Source: Octopus vulgaris (taxonomy: Eukaryota). Taken from it: a stretch of DNA of 64,000 bases. The stretch lies in NCBI GenBank assembly GCA_951406725.2, contig OX597814.1:72974001-73038000 (forward strand). Direction: 5' to 3'. Below, piece after piece: positions 1-14,001 of this stretch. How positions within the stretch are numbered: the stretch's first letter is position 1; each line of letters begins with the position of its first letter. Below the pieces are notes generated by a model. It did no database searches and was not told the origin of the DNA. It saw only the letters and a program-made list of their open reading frames with translations. Both the position numbers and the translations under genes were made by a program.

Positions 1-160
1 GTTGAAGTATCATGTCGATGTCCGGCGAGGAGAGACATTCAGGCCAGTTTTGTTTGAGGATCTCTTTCTCAATTTGTTTCCAGTTTGCCTTATTGAAGTT
101 CAAGCTGGAAAGATTCTGAGGGTTTCTTGTAGGCTGCATGTCCGTGCTCTCTTTTGGCCC
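1..160 (-). mobile_element. LINE ORF2 fragment (CR1-like, linker after the endonuclease), runs off the window edge
   Basis: Minus-strand translation [53 protein letters not shown] has the NF.KANW..I...L...W pattern seen after the APE domain of CR1/Jockey-group ORF2. Confidence 0.55.
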
Positions 161-1016
<856 letters not shown>

Positions 1017-1390
1017 TCTCTCTATATATAAACGGCAGTTTGTCTGTGTGTTTTTCTGTGTGTCTGTTAGGTTGTACCCTCACCCTGACCACGGCTTTCA
1101 ACCGATTCTGATGAAACTTGACACACACATAGCCCAATGTCATAATTCAAAACTAACGCAGCGAAAATTTTGAAAAGTTCCCCAGTTCTGAAAAAAATCG
1201 ATAAATTCGACATGGGGTCGAGAATCAGAAACACAAAACCACAGACTGTCTAGAGGACGCAACTCGACCTTTTTAACTAAAAAAAAAAAATTTACCATCA
1301 TTTTTTTTCCAGTTTTTGGCTATAACTCTCTAAAAATGCTTTATAGTTATTTCCCTTACAAACCCGAGCAACGCCGGGCGATACTGCTAG
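1017..1390 (+). mobile_element. Non-autonomous Helitron (~370 bp)
   Basis: Begins A|TCTCTCTATATATAAAC and ends with hairpin CCCGAGCAACGCCGGG followed by CGATACTGCTAG|T. The 5'-TC, 3'-hairpin plus CTAG, A|T target and absence of a TSD are canonical Helitron features. Confidence 0.8.
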
Positions 1391-1663
<273 letters not shown>

Positions 1664-1910
1664 ATCATCATCATCATCATCATCGTTTAACGTCCGTTTT
1701 CCGCGCTAGCACGGGTTGGACGGTTTCGACCGGGGTCTGGGGAGCCAGGGGCTGCCCCAGGCTCCAGTCTGGTCTGGCAGTGTTTCTACAGCTGGATGCC
1801 CTTCCTAACGCCAACCACTCCGCGAGTGTAGTGGGTGTTTTTTACGTGCCACCTGCACAGGTGCCAGAGGGGTCTGGCATCGGCCACGTTCGGATGGTGC
1901 TTTTTATGTG
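1664..1910 (-). mobile_element. RTE LINE 3' tail (5'-truncated) with (GAT)n end
   Basis: (CAT)n-CGTTTAACGTCCG...GGATGCCCTTCCTAACGCCAACCACT matches the 3' end of the RTE at 57987-60625. Confidence 0.85.
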
Positions 1911-2167
1911 GGGGGGGGCAGAAATATAGGGGAGCAGCAGTGGGGAGGGGTGGTTCAGAGAAATGATGACAGGTTCTAGGCAAGTAGAACGTAGGATATC
2001 AAGAGAGGGGTAATGCATGGTGAAATAGCGTATTGAAGAGGAGGGGTTCGAAGAGTAGACACCTATAATGGTGGTGGGAGAAGCGACATCCGGTATAGAT
2101 GGAGCAAAAATATAGAGATATCCGGTATTGGTGGTGGGGGTTGGCAAGGGCAGGTGCACCGGGAATA

Positions 2168-2344
2168 TGACGGGCTGGCTTAAAAATGCTCTTAGCAAAG
2201 GAAGAGGGGGGAAGGCAGACAGTGTAAAAGAGGGAGACAGAGAGAGAAAGAAGGGAAATAGCGGAACCCCGCGGAAATGGGCCGCCATTGAAAAAACCCC
2301 TGTATGGAGAAATAATATGCAATACGAGGCGAAGCTGAAAATAG

Positions 2345-2376
<32 letters not shown>

Positions 2377-2665
2377 ATAGGCAAATTTTCGACCGAGGAT
2401 CAAAACGACAATACTAATAGTAATAATAATAAATAAATAATAACAGCTCAACCACAACATTAGATTAGAAAGACTCTCTTATCTTGGGAACATTTCGTTC
2501 TTCGGCCTGACACGGGAGTATGACGGGCTGGCTTAAAAATGCTCTTAGCAAAGGAAGAGGGGGGATGGCAGACAGCGTAAAAGAGGGAGACAGAGAGAGA
2601 AAGAAGGGAAATAGCGGAACCCCGCGGAAATGGGCCGCCATTGAAAAAACCCCTGTATGGAGAAA
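2168..2665. repeat. ~145 bp direct repeat (about 2168-2312 and 2520-2665) of an unidentified element
   Basis: ATGACGGGCTGGCTTAAAAATGCTCTTAGC...CCCTGTATGGAGAAA occurs twice with few mismatches. Confidence 0.9.
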
Positions 2666-2709
2666 CAATATATATATATATATATATACAAACACACATA
2701 TATATATAC

Positions 2710-4225
<1,516 letters not shown>

Positions 4226-4833
4226 AAAATAGTAAAGTGAAAAAACGACAGAAGGCTTAAATGTTAAAGAATATATATATTTGCGTCAATATGTCTGGAG
4301 AATATTGGAAAATTTTTTTCGCTTCTTATAATGACATAATTTTATAATTTTTAAAGAAATTGAGCATTTAGCTCTTCAAATTTCTTGCGACGTAATGTTT
4401 ATCTTTAATAGCGTTATCCTTGTTTTTTTGCTACGGAGGGTTCTAAATAAGGGAAGGTAGTGCGTGATTTCTTCCGGTGTAAGGGAGATAATCACTTAAA
4501 AATTTTTTTTCCTTTTTCTCTTAGTGTGAATTTCTCTGTATTATTATGTTTGGATAGTTGAGTCTGGGTTTGTACTTTTCAATGAAGAATGTTTCCTTGT
4601 TTAGTCTAATTTGTGTTGATGATCCGAAAGCACATTGGTAAAATGGAAAGATTAAAAATTGTGGTTGTAGTTGCTTTGCGCATTTCTCAATGTGCTCAAT
4701 AAAAGGTATCATTCTATATTCTGAGAATGCAATCTGTTGTCGATGCAGTGTGCATCTACGTCTGAGTGATAGTCCCGTGGACCCCACGTAGTCTTGGTCC
4801 CCACTAAACACTAGACAAACGCAAAAAAACACT

Positions 4834-5100
4834 ATGTCAAGCAACATCCCACATACAAGCAGTTCGAAACAAAAATATTTCCCATACAGAAATTTTACAC
4901 ACACCACAAACAATAACAACCATAGATTCCCACACACACACAACGATCGGGGGCAACAATACCACCACTCCCCCGACCAAATACCACACAACCTCACAGA
5001 CAACTCATACAAACAAAATTACACCCAACATTTTTTAGCCAGGGACCAGGGACACCAGGACACAGGCTGGAACCTAGTAATAAGGAAAAACCGAAGATAA
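4834..5100 (+). CDS. Upstream ORF (C-terminal remnant) of the PLE, overlapping the RT frame
   Basis: N/H/Q-rich ORF ending HFLARDQGHQDTGWNLVIRKNRR*. It contains T_TTT_TTA at 5031-5037. Its 5' end is probably cut by the inversion junction at ~4798. Confidence 0.5.
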   Translation: MSSNIPHTSSSKQKYFPYRNFTHTTNNNNHRFPHTHNDRGQQYHHSPDQIPHNLTDNSYKQNYTQHFLARDQGHQDTGWNLVIRKNRR

Positions 5101-7367
5101 TCAATCTTTCAACCAAACCTCTTTCTAACATAAAAATTGACATCCTCGCAAAAGGGCTCAAATTTACACCAACTCCACGCAGAGCCAACCTAAATGAACT
5201 CAAGGATAATATAACAGAATTTTGCAGAAAATTAAGACTAGCAGAAGTATCAACCAGTTTCAATACTGAAGATGAATCACTAGTCAAGAACAAAAGTGAA
5301 CACATCCCACACAGAGGAAGAAATAAAGATCTTGACGAATTCTGTAACCACATTGAGAACTTCCCCTACTATACTATACATAAACAGAAAGCTAACCCAA
5401 ATTTTAACACTACACAATGGAAAGAACTGATAGAACTTCAAAATGATGAGGATATAACCATTAAGGAAGCAGACAAGGGAAATGCAGTTGTAATAATGGA
5501 TACATCATACTACAGAAATCTTGTAATTTCCTTGCTTGATGACAACCTACATTATGAAAAAATTACCAACTACACCCCACAAAAAATAATGAAAACTCTA
5601 TCTTCACTAATTAAAACCCATGAAAAGGAACTAACAACCAAAGAGATTGACTTCCTAACAAACTTTAAATGCAAACCTAGCCTTTTCTATGGTCTGCCAA
5701 AAATTCATAAAAGTCAAATTATAAATGAAACCATTAAAAAATCACCAAAGACATACATACACACACCCAACCCGGGGGACCTAAAACTACGACCCATTGT
5801 AGCTGGCCCATCCTGTGAAACACACAGACTAAGTCTACTTATGGACATCCTCCTGAAACCCTTCCTTAAACATATCGATAGCCATATCAGAGATGACTTA
5901 GATATGTTAAACCACCTTCCAAAAAAATCCAAGGAAGAAACAATCCTGGTTTCATTTGATGTAGTCAACTTGTATACCAGTATACCTCATAATTATGGAC
6001 TAGAGGCAATACAGTTCTGGTTAGACCAATTTCCGGAAGAAATACCAAAAAGGATCAGTAAAGAATTCATTACTAAATCAATTGAATTCATCCTACACAA
6101 TAACCAATTCATGTTTGACAATACATTTTACCGTCAAAAATCCGGAATTGCTATGGGCACAAGGGCAGCACCAGTCATTGCGAACTTAACAATGGGATAC
6201 ATGGAAATAATCATTTACCAGGAATCTTTATCAATCTTTGGAAACACCCTCTCTCAATACATAAAAGAGAACTGGAAACGATTCTTGGACGATTGTTTTA
6301 TTCTCTGGAATGAAAACACAGATAAACTCTTAAAATTTAAAAACCTATTGAACAGCATAAACCCAAATATACAGTTCACAATGGAATACAACCAAAAGGA
6401 GCTCCCGTTCTTGGATATACTAATTTAAAAAATTAACCTTAAAATAGAAACAGACATTTTCTACAAAGCCACAGACGCCAAACAATACCTTCTCTTTAAT
6501 TCATGCCACCCAAGACACACTAAAACAAACTTCCCCTTCAACCTTGCAAGAAGGATATGCACAATAGTGTCAGAACAAAATACCAGGAACTTCAGACTGC
6601 AAGAACTCAAAAACACCTTAATTGACAGACATTACCCAGCTCAACTCATAGAGGATGAGATCAGACGTGCAACAGAAATCAACATAGAAACTTTAAGAAA
6701 AGTTCAACACAACAACACACCTTCCCCGAAAATACTACCTTACATATCTACATACAACCCCAGAAACAAAGAAGCTTTCACCATCATCACCCAGAATTTA
6801 CCAATACTTCATAAAAACCCCAAATTAAAGGAAATTCTAAACATACACCAAATCATTAAAAGCTACAAACAGCCTAAATCACTTAAAAAGATTCTCACAA
6901 AGGCAAAATTATCTTCTGAAATTACGGATGCAAAAGTAAAAAAATGTGGTAGATCGAACTGTGCAACATGTCCTAACCTACTAGAAGGATCAGAATTCTT
7001 CTTTAAAGAGGGACAGAAATTCAAGATCAAATCTAACTTTACTTGTGCCTCTGAAAACATAATTTATGTCATAAAATGCTCGGGCTGCCACCAAGACTAC
7101 GTGGGATCCACGGGACTATCACTCAGACGTAGATGCACACTGCATCGACAACAGATTGCATTCCCAGAATATAGAATGATACCTTTTAGTGAGCACATTG
7201 AGAAATGCGCAAAGCAACTACAACCACAATTTTTAATCTTTCCATTTTACGAATGTGCTTTCGGATCATCAACACAAATTAGACTAAACAAGGAAACATT
7301 CTTCATTGAAAAGTACAAACCCAGACTCAACTATCCAAACTCAATAATACAGAGAAATTCACACTAA
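5037..7367 (+). pseudogene. PLE reverse transcriptase + Cys-rich linker + GIY-YIG endonuclease, one in-frame TAA at 6426-6428
   Basis: One frame carries IINLS, KGLKFTP, KEADKGNAVV, FYGLPKIHK, LRPIV, SFDVVNLYTSIP, GIAMGT, RFLDD, LPFLD, then CGRSNCATC and IIYVIKC..C...YVGST...LRRR...H. ORFs 5496-6428 and 6567-7367 are the same frame. Confidence 0.92.
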
Positions 7368-7503
7368 GAGAAAAAGGAAAAAAAATTTTTTTAAGCGATT
7401 ATCTCCCTTACACTGGAAGAAATCACGCACTACCTTCCCTTATTTAGAACTCTCCGTAGCAAAAAAACAAGGATAACGCTATTAAAGATAAACATTACGT
7501 CGC

Positions 7504-7542
7504 AAGAAATTTGAAGAGCTAAATGCGAAACCGGTCTTTCTT
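7504..7542 (+). ncRNA. Minimal type I hammerhead ribozyme-like motif (U3 variant) in the PLE 3' pLTR
   Basis: AAGAAA-T-TTGAAGA-GC(TAAAT)GC-GAAAC-CG-GTC-TTTCTT: stem I, YUGANGA core, short stem II, GAAA, palindromic stem III ACCGGT, GUC site. Confidence 0.7.
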
Positions 7543-7715
7543 TAAAAATTATAAAATTATGTCATTATAAGAAGGGAAAAATATTTTTCCAATATTCTCC
7601 AGACATATTGACGCAAATATATATATTCTTTAACATTTAAGCCTTCTGTCGTTTTTTCACTCTTTACTATTTTCTTATATATTCACCCACGTGCTTTCAC
7701 AAACAAACTTTCTTA

Positions 7716-7716
<1 letters not shown>

Positions 7717-7757
<41 letters not shown>

Positions 7758-7792
7758 TATATACACACACACATATATATATATATACATAC

Positions 7793-7856
<64 letters not shown>

Positions 7857-7874
7857 AAAGCGGACGTTAAATGA

Positions 7875-7917
<43 letters not shown>
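7717..7917. repeat. (TA)n microsatellite containing a ~25 bp RTE tail remnant
   Basis: Visible TA runs, with ATGGAAAGCGGACGTTAAATGATGAT at ~7853-7878. Confidence 0.9.
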
Positions 7918-7920
<3 letters not shown>

Positions 7921-8114
7921 CGGAGATGTACTCGCATAGCAAGTAATTTGATCTGAGATCGTGTGCTGAAACGAAAACAATTGCAGCGTGGAAGGTGTTT
8001 ATAAGCCATTTAAGAAACACACAAAAGCCGTTCGATTCACTTCAACAGACATCCTACCTGATTTGTCAGTTGGGAAACATACAATCTCTCTGTTTTTGAT
8101 GCGTCTTTAAGAAT

Positions 8115-9936
8115 GTGGATGTATATGAACTAGGGCTCTTCCTGGCCCTGACGTGTACCAATGAATACCTGTCGCGCAATAACCTTCTATATGCTTGTCC
8201 CACCCGTAACAAACGCGGTAGACCACCTACCATTACCTCAGCATACAGGAAGACTCACTGTGAGCGCTGGCAGGGATGGACAAAGCCGGACTACCCACCT
8301 TCAAGTGCACACGACATTAGAACCACCATCGCACATGCTATCGGTGTCAGCCTGAGATTTACGCTAAAAACACATATTTTTAAATTTGACAACAAACTGT
8401 ATAGGTAAACGAAAGGCGGTGCTATTGGAGTGGGGATCGCCGGTGACGTTGCAAACCTCTTCATGGTATGGTGGGACAAACATTTTAAACAGTGCCTAGC
8501 AAACCGTAACATCCACTTGGCTATGTACTCTCGTTACGTCGACGACATTAACCTTGTTGTGAAATATAATACAGACACAGTTATGGGCCCTCTACCAAGT
8601 GAAGAACAGGTGATGACATCTATACAACACATAGCTGACTCTATCCACAGCAGTATAAAACTTACCATAGACTACCCCTCTAAACACCCCAGTAAACGAT
8701 TACCCGTCCTAGATACTGAGCTATGGTTAATGGAACCATTAAACCCTGTATACTCCACTCACACTATCAGAAACCGATGGCTAATCCACTAGTAATCCGT
8801 AGTGACTCAGCTATGTCGGATACTGCCAAACTCAACATCCTAGTGGCAGACTTAATTAGAGTAATGAGGAATGTATCACCACTATGCCAACCACAAGAAC
8901 GACAACAACACATCCAGCACTACATATTCCGAATGCAACGCTCCGGATACACACAAGACGATAGAGTCAGGGTGTACAAAAGAGCGAAAGCTAGATTCGA
9001 ATGCATTCTAAGGAACGACGAAAACGGTATATGCCGATGGCTAATCCACTAGTAATCCGTAGTGACTCAGCTATGTCGGATACTGCCAAACTCAACATCC
9101 TAGTGGCAGACTTAATTAGAGTAATGAGGAATGTATCACCACTATGCCAGCCACAAGAACGACAACAACACATCCAGCACTACATATTCCGAATGCAACG
9201 CTCCGGATACACACAAGACGATAGAGTCAGGGTGTACAAAAGAGCGAAAGCTAGATTCGAATGCATTCTAAGGAACGACGAAAACGGTATATGCCCCCTA
9301 TACCGCAACAAGTTCTGGAATAGGTTAGAGAGGGACACCAACAAAAGGATGAGAAACGTTACTTGGTACGATAACAGGAGATTTCACGGAGTAATGTTCG
9401 TTGACGCCACACCTAAGAACGAGCTAAGTAAGGCATTCAAGAAAATCTTGCGCACTACGGGCCTAAAAATTAAAGTTGTAGAAAAGACAGGTAGGACTAT
9501 CAAATCGGCTTTATGCAGATCATATCCATTTGATAGAATCACCTGTCAAAGTAATTGTGCAGTATGTTCGACAAATCCACATGTAAATTGTAAAACCAAG
9601 GGCACTGTATACCAGATTAAGTGCCAGGAGGGAGCTTGCGCGACTAACCCAGAGTCATACATAGGTGAGACTTCTAGAAGCATCAATGATAGGTTCAAAG
9701 AACACCTGGACAACTACATTGAAAGGAAGCCAAACTCCATCTTCTACCAACATGCTGTAGACTGCCACAAGGGATCCTTAGGGAAACTTAAGTTGGACAT
9801 CCTATCAACACATCCCACCGATGCAATGTTGAGACAGGTCACAGAAGCTGTTTGTATACAAGAATACAAACCTACTCTCAACCGCAAGTCCGAATGGAGT
9901 AACATCCAGATCCCATTCAGAAGGACTATACTATAA
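8115..9936 (+). pseudogene. PLE RT (C-terminal half) + GIY-YIG endonuclease, disrupted
   Basis: Motifs FKFDNKLYR*TKGGAIGVGIAGDVANLFMVWWD, YSRYVDD, LPVLD, C..NC.VC...NC..KGTVYQIKC...ESYIGETSRS...RFKEH...HAVDCH. Lesions: stop at 8406-8408, frameshift near 8730, 260 bp duplication. Confidence 0.9.
8774..9293 (+). repeat. 260 bp tandem duplication inside the PLE ORF
   Basis: 8774-9033 and 9034-9293 are nearly identical (CCGATGGCTAATCC...GGTATATG), with CC microhomology at the junction. Confidence 0.97.
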
Positions 9937-9940
9937 CCAC

Positions 9941-9978
<38 letters not shown>

Positions 9979-10899
9979 TTATAGTCCTTACATACAGGTT
10001 GCAATGCGTATGTGCAGTTTTATATAACAGTATGAGCGTACGTTGTTTGATACGTACAGTTGCACTTAGGTGTTGTATCCATTCACGGTTAGACGGTGAT
10101 GAGAGGAACAAATACACACCCACACACATATATATATGTGTGTGCGTCTATACAAACATATATGTGAATATGTATACAACCTTCAACAAAGTAACAGTCA
10201 TGTACACAACTTGGACGGACACATGTCAGTACACGGACATACGTTCACATACACATGTACACACTCTCACAGACATGTCTGCCCATTCTCCTAGACACTC
10301 ACATACGTAGCACATGAGTACAAACATACATACATACCTACGTATGGGCATACACACGTACATACGCACACACATACATGGGCACATGCATACGTGCGCG
10401 TATACATACATACGCACATGCGTACGTATGTACATACACACATACATACACGCATACATACATACATACATACATACGCACATACATACATACATACATA
10501 CATACATACATACGCACAATAGTAAAACAAAAGTTCTGTGATATAGAGATAAAGATCTGATAATAGGTTTTAGGGTATAGTTTTGGGAGTAAGGGTCGTA
10601 AATCACTTCCAAGCTTCGGGAGGAGGAAGTTGAAATTTGATAGTATTGTGATGAGTGGTCACTCTACATCTATCCATGGCTACAGGTTTATAGCTTTATG
10701 TTTATAGAGTGTATGTGCGTGCATATACACACACATACATATATACATACATACATACATACATACATACATACATACATACATGCTTACACAGGCGTAT
10801 GTACGTACATACATACACACATGTATGCATACATACACACATACATACGTACATATATATGACGAACTAACTGTTACTTTCTCAGATGCAGCACGGATT

Positions 10900-10949
10900 T
10901 TTGTCAGTGAACAGGTCGCGGATTTTAGCGACGAAAATATTTTGACAAA
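10900..10949 (+). ncRNA. Hammerhead ribozyme-like motif with G3:C8 covariant core
   Basis: TTTGTCA-GTGAACA-G-GTCGC(GGATTTTA)GCGAC-GAAA-ATATTT-TGACAAA: 7 bp stem I, 5 bp stem II, palindromic stem III, located in the PLE 3' pLTR. Confidence 0.65.
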
Positions 10950-11029
10950 TTAAACTTAAATGTTGAAGTGAATCGAACGGCTTTTGTGTGTTTCTTAAAT
11001 GGCTTATAAACACCTTCCACGCTGCAATT

Positions 11030-11072
<43 letters not shown>

Positions 11073-11754
11073 GACACACATATATATATACAGACACACA
11101 TTCATTTTTTACATTTAACTATTTTCTAATTATTTATTTACTTTCTTACTTTATTTAACCTATATTCTAACTTCCAAAAACTCAAAATTCTCAAATTATA
11201 ATAACTTTTAGTCATTGATCAGAATGACCAAATTATTTTTGTTGTTGGTAATGTTTAATGTATTAATTATTAAATGATTTAAACCTGCAATCTAATTTAT
11301 GTGTTCATAACAAATTTTTAAAATATTTTATTGAGTATGCAAAAATTGTTTCTAATATTGTTTGTTACCCATAGTCATTGCTAGTTAATTTTTTAATATT
11401 CCCGCTTTTAGATATGTTAAACCTAACTTAACTATTTTGTAAACAATTCTATTTTTCTACATTAACTAGTGTACATTCTCATATATTTATTGTTTCACTC
11501 ATCACTGCTTCAGCAAGTACAGTAATGGTTATGCTTCACTAATAAATTCATATGACTGAAACATATCGTGAGTTGTCTCCCTTACTTCTTGAAATAATTA
11601 AAATAATACTAGCAATTTACTAAAGCACTTTCCCTCTTCGCATAATTCTAATTAGCTTTTTTTAATTCTCCCTGCATTGAAACATTAACTCTAATTAAAC
11701 TATTGCATACATTTATAGTTTGTGTGTATCTGTATGTGCATATATATTTCACAG

Positions 11755-11832
11755 GAATTTCGTAACAAAGAAAAAAACCTAGTTAAAGATTTGAGTGAAG
11801 CCAGCAGTAAAAGCATTCAACTGGAATGTAAG
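11755..11832 (+). CDS. LRRC45: LRRC45-like coiled-coil gene, exon A (first visible)
   Basis: ttcacag|GAATTT...TGTAAG|gtgagt; EFRNKEKNLVKDLSEASSKSIQLECK; phase 0-0. Confidence 0.7.
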
Positions 11833-12276
11833 GTGAGTGATATATTTCAGCTGAAGTTTAAGTTTCTATTCCTTTTTAGTTGACAAAATAAAGCTTAGTT
11901 TTCTTAAGTTCTGAGTCAAGGCTTAATTACTTGCATCTATCACATCGTCGTCGTTATTTAATATTGGTCCATTCTGTATATTGGTATGGGCAGGGTAGGT
12001 CAGCAATACTGAATTTATCAATGCATCAGGATCCTGCATCATCTCATCTGTAAGATACCAATTTTTTTAGGTTTATGTAACTATCATTCAAATTTTGCTT
12101 GGCCTACCTCATTTGATAGCAATTTTTTCACTCAGTGTGCATTATCTGATCACACTGTTTTTCAATAATAAATATCTAAAATAGCAACTGAGTTTCTATC
12201 AATAATAAAAACTTCTTTTTTAAAAATTGGAAGTAGACATTGGATTGGTGTAATCCTAGATATAATCATCATCATG

Positions 12277-12660
12277 TCTAGATGTTCGTGGGAGAGTGAG
12301 GTCACACTGATAGTCATCAATATAACAACCGTATAGTTCAAGAGTGGGACCAGTGAAACTTGAGAATATTTGGGCCTCAGTGTAGCCAATGAAGAGGTTT
12401 GCATAGTTGGGACCCATTCTTGTTCCCATGGCCACTCCAGAGATCTGCTGGTAAAAATCACCCGTGAATGAGAAGCAGTTGAGTGAGAGGACAATTTCAA
12501 CCAGACAAAAGAGTGTGGATGTGTCAGGTTGGGGGTTGGATCAAGGAAATGTTGGAGTGCACGCTGCCCCTTGTGTTGAAGGATCACCTTGTATAGATTC
12601 TTGATGTCAAGAGTGAAGAGAAGTTTAGAGGGACCAGAAACTGAAAGAAGACTGTCGTAA
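12277..12660 (-). mobile_element. PLE RT fragment (degenerate)
   Basis: Minus strand gives FTLDIKNLY..., LNCFSFTGDFYQQISGVAMGTRMGPNYANLFIG...LYGCYIDD across frameshifts. Confidence 0.8.
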
Positions 12661-14001
12661 ATATGTGTACACCAGCTGACGTACCCTGTAATTCCCAGGA
12701 AAGCAAGGCTTATCCTTTGGTTCTGTTCTCATAATTGTTTCACTAAACCAATAACAACAATACACGTAGCCCGTAAAATGGTTTTTGTGCATTTACAGAG
12801 AATACCGAACTGTCTTACATAGGATCTTGTTTTTAGGAATTCCCAATAAGTTATGAATACCCAAATTGTGAAGTCAGTTATGTAATAACATGAAATTAGT
12901 TACCCGATAGTAAGAATTCAAATAAAGTAGCCCCGAAAAGAGCTTTAATGTGTTCCAGAGTATATAGAACATAGGAGGAAATACTAATGCTAAAATCATG
13001 AAGCATGTTATGTAATAACAGGCCAATCAGATATGAGATAACAATTCAAAGTAAATAACTCTGAAAAGGGCTGTTGTGCGTTCCCAGAGAATATCACCCT
13101 CAGAGGCACTAGTGTTGGTATATTCATGAATAAGTCACTAACCAAAATAAGCGGATCTATTGTTTAGGAAAATACTATTTACATGTTTAAGGGTTGTACT
13201 GGATAAATTGGAATTTATTGTTTTATTGCCTGTGTTTTTATCATGCCAGCATGATATGAACGGTAGTATATCCCATCATCATCTCCTTTTGATGTTATTT
13301 TGTCTGAGCATCTGACCTCACAATATCTTCCCATGTCTACCTTGATCTTTCTCTTCATTGATATCTTGTTCAATCAGTACAAAGCACTTCTTCATCAAGT
13401 ACTAATAATCCATCTGCTTCTTGCATTTAATGCTCAGCTGTTTTCTCAGCTCACTTAAGCTCTACATAATTGTTACACATTTAACTTATCATACACAAAT
13501 TATTTCTCAACAGCCACACTTCACCTTCAATGCTTTGTTACTGTGCAACTTCACTCTTATTCTTCATACTGTCTGTCTTTTGTTATCAGTAGGTGTAACA
13601 ACTCCCTGACTACTTTTACCTTTCTTGCTCTTGCTATTTTATTTTCACTTCACCATTAATTAAGTTGCATAGATAGCAGGAACAATTAACCCATCTTGTA
13701 CACATGAAGTTCTGGTTCACTTTCAGTATGTCACAGATCCTACTGCATCTTTTATGTATCTATTGTTTGTTTGTGTTCAGTTCATAGAACTGAATCACTA
13801 CATACAAGCATGTCTATCTTATTAGGCTTCTCTTTTAGTAACAGTTTGATTTTGATGGTTTTACTTTTAAGCTTTTACTACTGAACATTCAATTTCATTA
13901 ACTTGTTGATGAGCTACATTGTTCAAAGAACATATGTGTATATATTAAATGTAATGTGTCTAGAACCAAACAGATAATAAAGAGTAAGAAAAAAGTATCT
14001 A

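Larger units (their letters stand above)
7918..11033 (+). mobile_element. Second Penelope-like element (Naiad-like), 5'-truncated, with inverted pLTR
   Basis: ~7976-8048 is the reverse complement of ~10961-11033. RT and GIY-YIG lie between them. Both flanks are (TA)n. Confidence 0.88.

Noticed and set aside
1105-1120. CTGATGAAAC resembling a hammerhead core
   Set aside because: No stem II between CTGATGA and GAAA. It is part of the Helitron 5' motif.
9937-10120. Possible SECIS element and selenocysteine recoding in the Naiad-like PLE
   Set aside because: The visible in-frame stop is TAA, not TGA at a Cys position, and I see no ATGA..AA..GA kink-turn stem after the ORF.
11533-11573. TCACTAATAAATTCATATGACTGAAACATATCGTGAG, a possible hammerhead relic
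   Set aside because: The core is doubly mutated (CTAATAA) and stems II and III do not pair convincingly.
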